Positions 1 to 8,547 of a stretch of DNA of 41,554 nt are shown piece after piece. A program made the position numbers and the translations under genes. Origin of the DNA: a virus (Duplodnaviria; Caudoviricetes); IMG/VR virus record IMGVR_UViG_3300016484_000328, positions 1 through 41,554 of that record. One strand, 5' to 3'. The notes below the pieces were generated by a model that was not told where the DNA came from, did no database searches, and saw nothing but the letters and a program-made list of their open reading frames with translations. Each line of letters starts with the position of its first letter. The first letter of the stretch is position 1.

Positions 1-51
1 GGCTCCGGCTACGGCTACGGCGGCGGCGACGGCGACGGCTACGGAAATTAG
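1..51 (+). CDS. 3' part of Gly-X (G-Y/G-D/G-S) repeat protein, continuing from 41483..41554 across the genome junction
   Basis: Frame 1 reads GSGYGYGGGDGDGYGN*. The 72 nt from ATG 41483 to the window end are exactly 24 codons ending GYGDGSG. Confidence 0.75.
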   Translation, partial: GSGYGYGGGDGDGYGN

Positions 52-62
52 GGAGCGTTTAT

Positions 63-452
63 ATGGCTAACCTCGACAGCCTCAAGAAGACACTCTGGAT
101 TGTCTCAAACACCGATACCATGGCCGGTTGCTACTCAGATGCAATGACCTGCGGTTCGCTTGATGATGCAGCGACGTTTGCAATTGCCCTTCTCGAAGCT
201 GGCAATGGAGACGGCAAGTCATTCGTTGCCATCAAGATTGAAGATGGCGTCCCGTCGATTGTGACCGATGAGGTAAAGGAAGCCGCCGCCACTCTCTATC
301 TCAAAAACGAGCCTGATTATGACATGCTGTTGAAATGGGTTTCAAACACCAATGCAGGCATGGATTACGTTGACGATGCTGAGGAAAGCATAGCCGATTT
401 TGCGGCATACCAGCGCGACGTTTCCAAGACCTTTCACCAATCAATCGCTTGA
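63..452 (+). CDS. hypothetical acidic early protein
   Basis: 129-aa ORF with GGGAG RBS, in the pL operon. Confidence 0.7.
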   Translation: MANLDSLKKTLWIVSNTDTMAGCYSDAMTCGSLDDAATFAIALLEAGNGDGKSFVAIKIEDGVPSIVTDEVKEAAATLYLKNEPDYDMLLKWVSNTNAGMDYVDDAEESIADFAAYQRDVSKTFHQSIA

Positions 453-456
453 GGGA

Positions 457-579
457 ATGAAAATGGAAATCGACTTCAAAGCAGCAGCTATTCTTGCGTT
501 CAAGGAAGCATGTCAGGACATGGCATCACTTCTTGCTGTCATTGGCTTGATGCTCATTGTTGCCGCGTATGCGGGGTGA
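457..579 (+). CDS. small hypothetical membrane protein (40 aa)
   Basis: Read manually: MKMEIDFKAAAILAFKEACQDMASLLAVIGLMLIVAAYAG; GAGGG RBS; hydrophobic C-terminus. Confidence 0.5.
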   Translation: MKMEIDFKAAAILAFKEACQDMASLLAVIGLMLIVAAYAG

Positions 580-583
580 TGTG

Positions 584-943
584 ATGGCCAAGTATGATCT
601 TGAGGCGATGGAATATGAGCCGGATAAAAGCAACATATACAGCAAATTCCGCTGGCTAGAAACACCGCAAGGTGGCCAATTCTGGTCACTTCAAGCGCGG
701 GGCCTTACCGACGAAGGCCGCGCCGCCCTCGCAGAAATGCAAGCCCAATGGGAACAAGAACAAGCCGAAAAGGCAAAGCCTGAACCGGATTGGAAAGCGA
801 TTGCTGGAAGGTTGGCAGAGGCTTTGAAAAAGGCAAACAAAGCGCTTGAAAATCATCGGCAGATACCGCGCTCAAAGACGGTTTCCGCTTCAATCGGAGA
901 AAATCGTGCCGCCCTCTCCGAATGGGAGCAATACAATGCGTGA
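584..943 (+). CDS. hypothetical protein
   Basis: ORF from MAKYDL, packed in operon. Confidence 0.6.
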   Translation: MAKYDLEAMEYEPDKSNIYSKFRWLETPQGGQFWSLQARGLTDEGRAALAEMQAQWEQEQAEKAKPEPDWKAIAGRLAEALKKANKALENHRQIPRSKTVSASIGENRAALSEWEQYNA

Positions 944-1115
944 GCAGACAGAAGCGCCAAAGGATGCATACGGGGCCGGATACTTTGACCGGCAACTGAT
1001 CGCCGCAATGGAAGACATGCTGATGTTCCGCAGCTTTGAAGGCTTGCGAGATCGCGTTGCGGAAATCCTGAACGAAATGGCAGACAACAGGAGGAGCCGC
1101 AATGGAAACCACTAA
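936..1115 (+). CDS. hypothetical protein
   Basis: MREQTEAPK... with GGGAG RBS; overlaps both neighbours. Confidence 0.55.
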   Translation: MREQTEAPKDAYGAGYFDRQLIAAMEDMLMFRSFEGLRDRVAEILNEMADNRRSRNGNH

Positions 1116-1800
1116 CCAGAAAATGCGCCATTGGAACGAGTTGAGCCGCGTTCCGTCCGATGCGTTGAAACCGTTTTCACGGGCTGGCGGGTTCAAAGGA
1201 ACCGCCATCAAGCCGATGTGGACGATCAAGCGCATGACTGAGGTTTTCGGCCCATGCGGCGACGGGTGGGGAATGAATGAACCCACGTTCAATGTTGTCC
1301 CGGCTGACAAGGAAACGATGGTCTATTGCACAGTTGGCGTTTGGGTTCAGGATGGCCAGAAACGTTCTGAACTGGTCTATGGCGTTGGCGGCGACAAGGT
1401 TCTTGCCATTCGCTCAACCGGCCCGTTCATCGATGATGAAGCCTTCAAGAAGGCATATACTGACGCCTTGACAAACGCCTTGAAACACATTGGCGCTGGT
1501 GCGGACGTGCATATGGGCCTTTGGGATGGCAACAAATATGCCGACAATGACAGTGCAGCCCCGGCCAAATCATCCGCTTCGTTGAAACGCGATGGGGAAT
1601 GGGAAAAGCTGAAGGCGGAACTAGACAATGACTTTGCAGATTGTCATTCGACGGTTTCTCTAGCCAAATTGCGCGCCGACTATCGAGAAAAGGCCCGCGA
1701 AAGGAAATGGCCCGCTGCTTGGCTTTCCGCACTCGCAAATGAATTTGACACGATGGAAGCGACCCTGAGCAAGGGTGAATCGCTCATGGCAGGAGAGTGA
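1102..1800 (+). CDS. Rad52/Sak-like single-strand annealing recombinase
   Basis: Motifs FGPCGDGWG and DEAFKKAYTDALTNALKHIGAGADVH typical of the Rad52/22 family; close to SSB. Confidence 0.75.
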   Translation: METTNQKMRHWNELSRVPSDALKPFSRAGGFKGTAIKPMWTIKRMTEVFGPCGDGWGMNEPTFNVVPADKETMVYCTVGVWVQDGQKRSELVYGVGGDKVLAIRSTGPFIDDEAFKKAYTDALTNALKHIGAGADVHMGLWDGNKYADNDSAAPAKSSASLKRDGEWEKLKAELDNDFADCHSTVSLAKLRADYREKARERKWPAAWLSALANEFDTMEATLSKGESLMAGE

Positions 1801-1802
1801 AG

Positions 1803-1976
1803 ATGGACAAAATTAGGACAATCGCGGCTTATCTTTTGGACCTTTCTTATGAGGAGATGGTTGATTTCGCCATTCACTTGGCGGCGGCCATTGATGACAA
1901 AACCCAACTGAAACTTGAAATACAGGACATAGCGGAGTCCCTTTGCCGCGCCGCACATGAAATACAAGACGTGTAA
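1803..1976 (+). CDS. hypothetical protein (57 aa)
   Basis: Read manually: MDKIRTIAAYLLDLSYEEMVDF...; AGGAG RBS. Confidence 0.55.
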   Translation: MDKIRTIAAYLLDLSYEEMVDFAIHLAAAIDDKTQLKLEIQDIAESLCRAAHEIQDV

Positions 1977-1987
1977 AGGAAAACACG

Positions 1988-2299
1988 ATGGCCTACGAAA
2001 CGAAAGAGAAAGACACCAGCCTGTTTGCTCCACGTGAGCGCCGGAATGAGAATGCAGCAGACTTTGAAGGCCGCGTTCTCATCAATGGCGAACTGCATTG
2101 GGTGAACATGTGGCGCAACAAGACGCGCAACGGCGATGAGTATTTCCGCATCAAATTGAAGCCCGCACAGGCCCGCGCCGATCAGATCAGCCGGGAAGCT
2201 GGGTTTGGCGATAAACCGCGTCCTGAGCCTTCTTACGGGCAAGCAAGCAGTGGAGAGTGGAACGGCAAGCCTATAGACGATGATGAAATCCCGTTTTGA
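1988..2299 (+). CDS. single-stranded DNA-binding protein (short OB-fold type)
   Basis: Acidic C-terminal tip DDDEIPF; PDYxG-like ADFEG motif; near recombinase. Confidence 0.7.
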   Translation: MAYETKEKDTSLFAPRERRNENAADFEGRVLINGELHWVNMWRNKTRNGDEYFRIKLKPAQARADQISREAGFGDKPRPEPSYGQASSGEWNGKPIDDDEIPF

Positions 2300-2308
2300 G
2301 GTGATGCC

Positions 2309-2554
2309 ATGGGATACTTTTCAAACGGAACTGAGGGAATGGCCTATCAAGAGGAGTTTTGCGACAATTGCGCGAACGCCGATAGTGACGGGATGTGCGC
2401 GATTTGGGATGCTCACATGCTCTACAACTACTCGCAAAATCAGGAGGTCGAACATGTCCTTGACCTTCTCATTCCTCGCGCCAAAAACGGCTTAGGAAAC
2501 GAAGAATGCAAGTTTTTCAAGCGGAAGCATCCAGACCTATTTGAGGCCGCATAA
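2309..2554 (+). CDS. hypothetical Cys-containing phage protein
   Basis: GAGG RBS; MGYFSNGTEG...CDNC. Confidence 0.65.
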   Translation: MGYFSNGTEGMAYQEEFCDNCANADSDGMCAIWDAHMLYNYSQNQEVEHVLDLLIPRAKNGLGNEECKFFKRKHPDLFEAA

Positions 2555-2895
2555 TGGCTGTCTTTTCGATCAAGGATGAAACAGTCCACGCGGCGTTCAA
2601 TGCCCTTGAAAGCCATGCACAGCCAGCAGCGGCGGCGAAGGCCATGAGAGAGCGCCGGGAGGATGAAAGAAGGGCGGCGAAGGCTAGGGCCTATTTACAG
2701 TCCACAGGGACGGCAGGAGAGCGGGAAGCAAAGTCTGTCATTGACGAGGCATACCAGCAGGCATGTGAGCGCTACTATGCTGCGATTGAAGCCGATGAAG
2801 AATACAGGAACGAACGGTCGAAGTGTGAGGCGATCATTGAGGCTTGGCGAACCGTGCAATCGAATTGGCGTGCAATGGGAAAGATTGCAGCATGA
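2554..2895 (+). CDS. hypothetical helical protein
   Basis: TAATG coupling to upstream gene; helical composition. Confidence 0.65.
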   Translation: MAVFSIKDETVHAAFNALESHAQPAAAAKAMRERREDERRAAKARAYLQSTGTAGEREAKSVIDEAYQQACERYYAAIEADEEYRNERSKCEAIIEAWRTVQSNWRAMGKIAA

Positions 2896-3095
2896 TGATC
2901 CACGTCCGCGCTCACACCCGCAGAAAGCCAATCAACCCAAAGCGTGAAGCAATTCACAATGAACTGGCCATTGAACCTGCATTGCGCATCATGACCAAGG
3001 AACTGCAAGACAAGCTGGATGATGAAATGCGGGCACTGGCATTTGAGTTTGAACCGGGGCTTGAGGGCTTTCCGAATGACGGAGGATTGTTGTGA
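2892..3095 (+). CDS. hypothetical protein
   Basis: ATGA coupling; MMIHVRAHTRRKP. Confidence 0.5.
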   Translation: MMIHVRAHTRRKPINPKREAIHNELAIEPALRIMTKELQDKLDDEMRALAFEFEPGLEGFPNDGGLL

Positions 3096-3097
3096 AA

Positions 3098-3271
3098 ATG
3101 CAAACTGATAAGCGCGACGCCGAATTGCTTGAGGACATCGCAAGATATTTCGAAATGCTTGCTTCGGACTCAGAAGCCTTCGCAAGGATAGGCAATAAAC
3201 GAGAAAACCTTACTCGCGCCAAAGTGTGGCGAGAGGCCGCGGAAGACATACGGAATATTGAACTGATATGA
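3098..3271 (+). CDS. hypothetical protein (57 aa)
   Basis: Read manually: MQTDKRDAELLEDIARYFEML...; GGAGG upstream; ATGA-coupled to HNH gene. Confidence 0.55.
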   Translation: MQTDKRDAELLEDIARYFEMLASDSEAFARIGNKRENLTRAKVWREAAEDIRNIELI

Positions 3272-3657
3272 CCACTCCCATGATCGACAATCCTCTAGGA
3301 GGTCGTTCTGTCCAAGAATGGATTGGAAAGACGCCGGATACCAAATGCCCTGACAGGATAAGGGACCGTATATTCCTACGCCACAAAGGCATTTGCCACA
3401 TCTCAGATGCCAAGATCGGCCCGAAAGACAAATGGGAATTGGAGCACATCAAGGCCCTTCATGCTGGCGGTGAAAACCGGGAAAGCAATTTAGCCCCTGC
3501 CCTTGTTGAGCCTCACAAGATCAAGACGGCCAAGGAAAACAAGGACCGCGCCAAGGCAGACAGGATTCGCCGGAAAGCAAATGGCACTTGGCCTAAATCA
3601 AAAACTCCACTCCGCTCACGCGGCTTTCCAAAGACAAGGGAGATTGAGAATGTCTGA
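3268..3657 (+). CDS. HNH endonuclease
   Basis: ELEHIKALHAGGENRESNLAPALVEPHKIKT, an HNH signature. Confidence 0.85.
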   Translation: MTTPMIDNPLGGRSVQEWIGKTPDTKCPDRIRDRIFLRHKGICHISDAKIGPKDKWELEHIKALHAGGENRESNLAPALVEPHKIKTAKENKDRAKADRIRRKANGTWPKSKTPLRSRGFPKTREIENV

Positions 3658-4366
3658 ACTGACACAAGACCAAATCAACGCATGGAAATCCCTCGCCGAG
3701 AAGGCGACGAAAGGGCCGTGGGAGGCGGATGCATTCCGTTCACAAGATGTCCATCGGTCATATTGGTGGGTTGGTGTTAAGCACAAGGGCGGGCAAATAT
3801 CACTCGATGTGACACCAGATAGCGCCCATGAAGCTGCCGAGTGGGCGCTGTTCTATGACCTTCGCCACGCCGACCACGACGCCGCATTTATCGCCGCTTC
3901 CCGTGAAGCCGTCCCCGCCCTGATTGCAGAGGTGGAGCAGCTGAATGCGGATAATAACGCGCTCGCCATAGGGCAATGCTTCCACACAGACGGCAAGACC
4001 GGCCTAACCTATGACGAGCACGGCAAAGACTGCTGCGCCAAAGATGCGACCATCGCTACCCTCACCGCCCGCGTGGCGGAGTTGGAAGCGGCTAGCGTGT
4101 TCGTGTCAACTGGTGTGAAAGATGCGAATGGCGATGTTATCCATCTTGGCGACAGGGTAGTTTGTAAAAATAAAAGTTCAAGAACCAAGAAAGAATACTG
4201 GAACCCCGAATATGAAGTCGTGTGGGAAGCCCCCTCTTTCACATTGAAGCACGTGGGCGGAGGACTTGATATTGGCTCTCATAACTTCAACTTGAAGCAT
4301 GGTGGAGGCAATGGCTTCTTGTTTATTGTGAAACGTGGCCGCGCTTGGCTTGGAGGCAAGCCATGA
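3650..4366 (+). CDS. Ead/Ea22-like N-terminus fused to YopX-like C-terminus
   Basis: AEKATKGPW...DAAFIAASREAVPALIAEVE (Ead-like); STGVKDANGDVIHLGDRV (YopX-like). Confidence 0.6.
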   Translation: MSELTQDQINAWKSLAEKATKGPWEADAFRSQDVHRSYWWVGVKHKGGQISLDVTPDSAHEAAEWALFYDLRHADHDAAFIAASREAVPALIAEVEQLNADNNALAIGQCFHTDGKTGLTYDEHGKDCCAKDATIATLTARVAELEAASVFVSTGVKDANGDVIHLGDRVVCKNKSSRTKKEYWNPEYEVVWEAPSFTLKHVGGGLDIGSHNFNLKHGGGNGFLFIVKRGRAWLGGKP

Positions 4367-4542
4367 CTGACAAGCAAGCGGCATACCTCGCTGCAATCCG
4401 CGCACTGAACAACGCCGCCTATGCAGCCGTAAAAGCAGCAAAAGACACAACTGAAATGCCAATGGTCAACAGGCAAGCGCTGCGGAAAATCGCGGCTATG
4501 TCTGATCGACTGGTCGATGCTGGATTGGAGGCAAAGCCATGA
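4363..4542 (+). CDS. hypothetical protein
   Basis: GGAGG RBS, ATGA coupling. Confidence 0.55.
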   Translation: MTDKQAAYLAAIRALNNAAYAAVKAAKDTTEMPMVNRQALRKIAAMSDRLVDAGLEAKP

Positions 4543-4772
4543 ATTGCCCAGAACATCTAGTTTTCAAGACTCGGCTCTTTCGTATTTGGCATCATCAAAG
4601 AGCTGATGTTCGGCGCGAGTATGTGACTTGGCGCGAGGTCTTTAACCCGTTGCGTTACGAACTGGTATTCGGAGAAGCGCCTGCGTTTCTTGTGATCAAT
4701 AAAGAGGCTTGGATGCACGTAAAATTTTCAAATTTCATCTTTTCCATCAAGCAGAAATGGAGGAGGCCATGA
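4539..4772 (+). CDS. hypothetical protein
   Basis: GGAGG RBS, ATGA coupling. Confidence 0.55.
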   Translation: MNCPEHLVFKTRLFRIWHHQRADVRREYVTWREVFNPLRYELVFGEAPAFLVINKEAWMHVKFSNFIFSIKQKWRRP

Positions 4773-5164
4773 CTGCCGCACCGATACCGGAATGGGCAAT
4801 CAAGACAGCCGAAGATATAGACCTTTCAGATGTGCATCGCGGCATTAATGTTCATAAGAATATCGCCCGTGCTCTCATTGCCGCCCATGAGCGAGGCAAG
4901 GCGGAAGGAGTGGCACAGGAGCGGGAACGGCATAAGAACACTTGGCAGCCGATGGGCGCGGCCCCGAAGGACGGCAAGCACTGCATCCTTTCAGTGCCGG
5001 AAAAGGATGGGTTCATCTATTCGGTTCAAGGCGCATTCCAGGACGGTCAATGGAACGCGGTTCACCGTGACAATGTTGCACCTTTGGCGTGGATGCCAAA
5101 CGTGTTGCTGCCAGACCATTTCAAGCAGAAGCCTGCCGCAGCCATCCGCAAGGAGGGCGAGTAG
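4769..5164 (+). CDS. protein with DUF551-like C-terminal domain
   Basis: WQPMGAAPKDG...AWMP motif. Confidence 0.6.
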   Translation: MTAAPIPEWAIKTAEDIDLSDVHRGINVHKNIARALIAAHERGKAEGVAQERERHKNTWQPMGAAPKDGKHCILSVPEKDGFIYSVQGAFQDGQWNAVHRDNVAPLAWMPNVLLPDHFKQKPAAAIRKEGE

Positions 5165-5404
5165 ATGAACCCGCGCGAACCGAACAGCGCGCACTCGTTT
5201 ACTGAGGGTGCGGACATTTCATCAACGGGGCCAATCATGACCGCCGCCACAAAGCCGGAGGCGGTGAAGGCGTGGGCAATTGTCAAGGGTGACGAGGTTA
5301 TGGAGGTGCAACTAAGCGAAAAGGCTGCTGAGGACGCAATCCGCGAATGGTTTGGAGAGACACACCGCGTCATCCCCGTCCGCATTGTGCCGGAGGGTGA
5401 GTGA
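5165..5404 (+). CDS. hypothetical protein
   Basis: GGAGG RBS; the true start may be internal. Confidence 0.5.
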   Translation: MNPREPNSAHSFTEGADISSTGPIMTAATKPEAVKAWAIVKGDEVMEVQLSEKAAEDAIREWFGETHRVIPVRIVPEGE

Positions 5405-5575
5405 ATGACGGAGCGCAGAGATTTACCAGTAATCCCGAAATTGCCGGACAATGTGCCGACGCTGCCAAATCAGCCGGTTGCCAAGTGCGGCGAATGTGGA
5501 CGGCTGATTTACGCAGTCGATGGCTATTGCTGCCTGAATTCACGGTGCCCCGTCCAGACACGGGTGACCTGCTGA
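5405..5575 (+). CDS. small Zn-finger-like protein (56 aa)
   Basis: Read manually: ...KCGECGRLIYAVDGYCCLNSRCP...; GGAGG RBS. Confidence 0.55.
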   Translation: MTERRDLPVIPKLPDNVPTLPNQPVAKCGECGRLIYAVDGYCCLNSRCPVQTRVTC

Positions 5576-5576
5576 A

Positions 5577-5756
5577 ATGACCGCACCACTCGCCTTCACC
5601 ACAAAGCAGATCGCCGCCATAGCCAAAGGCGCGGTGAAGGGCGGCTGTATTGCTGAGGTCGAGGTCAAGACCGGCGCAACGGTTGTCCGACTTATCCCCA
5701 ATGCTTATCCACAGGCAGCAAGGCCAATTGAGCCAGAACCGGAGATACGGCTTTGA
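5577..5756 (+). CDS. putative excisionase / recombination directionality factor (59 aa)
   Basis: Read manually: MTAPLAFTTKQIAAIAKGAVKGGCIAEVEVKTGATVVRLIP...; immediately upstream of and co-oriented with integrase (positional call). Confidence 0.5.
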   Translation: MTAPLAFTTKQIAAIAKGAVKGGCIAEVEVKTGATVVRLIPNAYPQAARPIEPEPEIRL

Positions 5757-5763
5757 CTAGCCT

Positions 5764-6792
5764 ATGCCCCGAACCCGGAAATTGCCGCTCTACTGCTACC
5801 GCGAGAAAAACAGACATGGGAAGTTCGCCTTCTATGTCCGGCGCGATAGGCACGGAACGCGCATTCGATTGCCAGACGACTACGGAAGCGATGCATGGTG
5901 GAAGGCATACCATGCGGCCCTTGGCGGAGAAGCAATCCCGGTTCAGAAACCACGTGGCACAAGCCTAGAGGCCATGCTGACACTATACCAGCAAAGCCAA
6001 GAATTTACCACTCTGGCCATGCAGACCCGCAAATATCGGTCGGCGCAATTCAGGACAATGATTGTCGCCAATCCAGACGTTGACGCCGCCAAGATCAAGC
6101 CGACCGATATTCACCGGGCCATGAGCCGACGAACGCCAGATGCTGCCAACAATTTCCTGAAAGCCATGCGCGGCTTTTTCTCATGGGCTGTCAAACTTGG
6201 CTATCTGCCATCCGACCCTAGCGCCGGGATCGCCAAGGCAGCGTCAAAATCTGAAGGCTTCCATTCCATCACAGAACAAGAGGTAGCAACCTATAGGGCC
6301 TTCCACAGGCCGGGGACGGTCGCCAGACGCGCCTTTGAGGTTTTTGTGCTGACTGGTGCGAGAAGGGCAGACGCAGCTATCCTAGGGCCTCTACACGTCA
6401 TTGATGGCATGATCGAGTTTCAGGCGCAGAAGACCAAGGAATGGTGTTATGTCCCGGTCCTGCCTGACATGCAGCCAATCATTGACGAAGCCATGGCCGA
6501 TGGCCGTGAAACGTTCATTGCCGGGGAGAGTGGCAAACCATATGCAGCCGAATCCCTAGGCAACATGATGCAGCGCTGGTTCGCCGAATGTGGCCTTCCA
6601 CATTGCTCAGCTCACGGCATTAGGAAGTATGCGGCAACGAACTTTGCGAATCACGGCGTTTCGGCGCATCAGCTTATGGCGATTTTCGGCTGGAAAAAGA
6701 TTTCCCAAGCTGAGGTCTATACGAAAAAAGTGGACAGAAGGAAGCTGGCAAGGGAGGCAGGCGGCATGGTTTCGCCCCGCACCGCGCCATAA
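5764..6792 (+). CDS. int: tyrosine integrase
   Basis: Catalytic R (TGARRAD), HxxR (HGIRK), FGW, Y (EVYT); N-terminal arm-binding region. Confidence 0.93.
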   Translation: MPRTRKLPLYCYREKNRHGKFAFYVRRDRHGTRIRLPDDYGSDAWWKAYHAALGGEAIPVQKPRGTSLEAMLTLYQQSQEFTTLAMQTRKYRSAQFRTMIVANPDVDAAKIKPTDIHRAMSRRTPDAANNFLKAMRGFFSWAVKLGYLPSDPSAGIAKAASKSEGFHSITEQEVATYRAFHRPGTVARRAFEVFVLTGARRADAAILGPLHVIDGMIEFQAQKTKEWCYVPVLPDMQPIIDEAMADGRETFIAGESGKPYAAESLGNMMQRWFAECGLPHCSAHGIRKYAATNFANHGVSAHQLMAIFGWKKISQAEVYTKKVDRRKLAREAGGMVSPRTAP

Positions 6793-6955
6793 GGTGAGGG
6801 GCAGCGCATTGATTTCATTGCGCTTTTTATGGGCCTTGGCGATCCCGGCAGGAATGCAGAAACTGCATTTTAGATAAAGATTTCAATGATATGGTGCGGG
6901 GCATAGACCCGAATTGCCACCAGAAACAGTGAATAATCCTTGTTTTGCCCCTAAC
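6774..6955. repeat. integrase arm-type sites, consensus GGTGCGGGGCA
   Basis: Copies at 6774-6783 (-), 6793-6803 (+), 6893-6903 (+), 6946-6955 (-, degenerate), two on each side of the core. Confidence 0.6.
6837..6855 (-). other. attP: attP core resembling a tRNA 3' end (probably tRNA-Arg)
   Basis: Minus strand reads ATTCCTGCCGGGATCGCCA (T-arm 3' side, acceptor strand, CCA), just downstream of int and flanked by arm-like repeats. Confidence 0.7.
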
Positions 6956-6962
6956 TTTTCTC

Positions 6963-7016
6963 TTGCAATGTGTGCGCAATTGTTGCACAGTATAGATGCT
7001 AACAGAGGAGATACGG
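6963..7016 (+). promoter_or_regulatory. promoter with palindromic operator and leader for cassette 1
   Basis: TTGCAA -35 at 6963; inverted repeat TGTGC-N9-GCACA 6971-6989; leader AACAGAGGAGATACGG 7001-7016. Confidence 0.6.
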
Positions 7017-7018
7017 AA

Positions 7019-7210
7019 ATGCATATTTTTCACGTTGCAATGTTAGCTTTTTCAAAGCTGGAATTGACCGCACAGGTGACTGACGACCCGTCAAAACTCA
7101 AAGATGCCATGCTTGAAACGGCAAAAATTTTGCGCAACGAATGCGAACGGTCAGCGCCATTGTATGGTGAAATGCGTGGGGCGTTGAAGGCGTTAGAATC
7201 CTCCAAATGA
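7019..7210 (+). CDS. small hypothetical protein (candidate anti-defence/Acr)
   Basis: 63 aa, strong GAGGAG RBS, ATGA-coupled to an HTH gene. Confidence 0.65.
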   Translation: MHIFHVAMLAFSKLELTAQVTDDPSKLKDAMLETAKILRNECERSAPLYGEMRGALKALESSK

Positions 7211-7386
7211 TCCCCGATGACTTCAAACGCATCCGCCTTGCCGCTGGCCTCTCTCAAGAAAAGCTGGCGGCGATGATCGGGAAAAGCCGACGCATCATCG
7301 TCTATTACGAAAACGGCAAGACACCTATTCCGTTTCTTGTTGAGAGGTTCATGCTGGAATTGGAGAGAACTCATGACCATCATTGA
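7207..7386 (+). CDS. XRE-family HTH protein (Aca-like), 59 aa; missing from the ORF track
   Basis: MIPDDFKRIRLAAGLSQEKLAAMIGKSRRIIVYYENGKTPIP..., a clear HTH_3 pattern. Confidence 0.8.
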   Translation: MIPDDFKRIRLAAGLSQEKLAAMIGKSRRIIVYYENGKTPIPFLVERFMLELERTHDHH

Positions 7387-7810
7387 GCGCCTAAAGGCTG
7401 CGACTGGACCGGATCGGGAGATTGACGCCCGCATCAAGGCTTATCTGGAGCCAGATTTTCGGTTTATGACATTCCCCGGAGATATTAGAGGCAAGCGCCC
7501 GGCTGAGTATGAGCCGCTCGCCGCAGTAATTAACAGTGCCGGTGATTGGCAGGCGGAGTTTTGGGGCGATGTTGCCAATATTTGTGACGCTGAAAAGTGG
7601 ACCTCCTCACTAGACGCGGCCCTTGCATTGGTAGAGCGGATGCTTGGGAAAACATCGGTCTACATGAGCAGCACAGAGGAAGGTGTATTGGGGGAAAGAT
7701 TCCACCGGGCGGAAATCGGTTCTTTTGGTAGCCAAAGGGCGGCCACTCTTGTTCTTGCCATTCTCTGCGCCCTCTTTACCGCCCTTGAGGCAAAGGAGCG
7801 CAAGCCGTGA
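7373..7810 (+). CDS. conserved-type hypothetical phage protein
   Basis: MTIIERLKAATGPDREIDARI...TSSLDAALALVE; GGAG RBS. Confidence 0.65.
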   Translation: MTIIERLKAATGPDREIDARIKAYLEPDFRFMTFPGDIRGKRPAEYEPLAAVINSAGDWQAEFWGDVANICDAEKWTSSLDAALALVERMLGKTSVYMSSTEEGVLGERFHRAEIGSFGSQRAATLVLAILCALFTALEAKERKP

Positions 7811-7883
7811 CGAAAAGATACCAGCGCATATATCTTTGGCTGCTAATTTCTTGGGCAAATATCGCCCTTGAGGCAAAGGAGAA

Positions 7884-8177
7884 GTGATGGAACACTTAGG
7901 AACGTCACCGAGCGGAAGATACCGCATGGGAAGATATGGTTATGTTGTGGATGAAGATTGGCGGCCTGAAAAATCAGATAGCCATGGGCTTCTTGCAATA
8001 TTCGATGCCTCCTTTGGGAGAATGGCCAACCAGCTAGTTGATAGCGCACTTCCTTCAACCCGCGAATATTGGCGCAAGAAATTCTTTGGAGCGACGGATA
8101 TAGAAGCCGCCGACCCGCGCCCATTTATTGAAGTTTTGGCAAGCCGAACAAAGGACGCCACCCATGCCGACAAATGA
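7884..8177 (+). CDS. hypothetical protein
   Basis: AAGGAG RBS. Confidence 0.55.
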   Translation: MMEHLGTSPSGRYRMGRYGYVVDEDWRPEKSDSHGLLAIFDASFGRMANQLVDSALPSTREYWRKKFFGATDIEAADPRPFIEVLASRTKDATHADK

Positions 8178-8547
8178 AGAGATAGAGGCGCTGGCGATGC
8201 GGCTTGACTACTGCAAAATCCGCTTTGCCAGAGAGAGTGAAGCGCAGGCGGCTATTCGACGCAATGTTGCAATAGATGACGCCGCCGCCATGCTCCGGCA
8301 GTGGATTGCCGAGCGGGAATGGAAGGATATCAGAACAGCGCCTATGGATGGCACTTGGGTTCAATTGCGTGGAGGGTCCATTGATTACGGGTGGGATGGC
8401 AAAACGCAGCCGCCGTATGTGATTGCTCAGTTTATGAACGCGGAATTGCCTGAGAAAGAAGCGTGGATGTTCGCATGGTATGACGGCGGATTTTATGGCG
8501 AATATTGCAGCCCTACGCACTGGCGTCCTGCGCCAAAGGAGGCATGA
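8164..8547 (+). CDS. protein with DUF551-like C-terminal domain
   Basis: WKDIRTAPMDGT...PTHWRP. Confidence 0.6.
   Translation: MPTNEEIEALAMRLDYCKIRFARESEAQAAIRRNVAIDDAAAMLRQWIAEREWKDIRTAPMDGTWVQLRGGSIDYGWDGKTQPPYVIAQFMNAELPEKEAWMFAWYDGGFYGEYCSPTHWRPAPKEA

Noticed and set aside
5168-5186. GAAC repeats as an alphaproteobacterial LexA box
   Set aside because: Spacing is not N7 and the site lies inside an ORF
7019-7386. Toxin-antitoxin (HigBA-like) reading of the small gene + HTH pair
   Set aside because: The upstream protein shows no RelE/HigB features and the twin cassette carries unrelated cargo; not fully excluded
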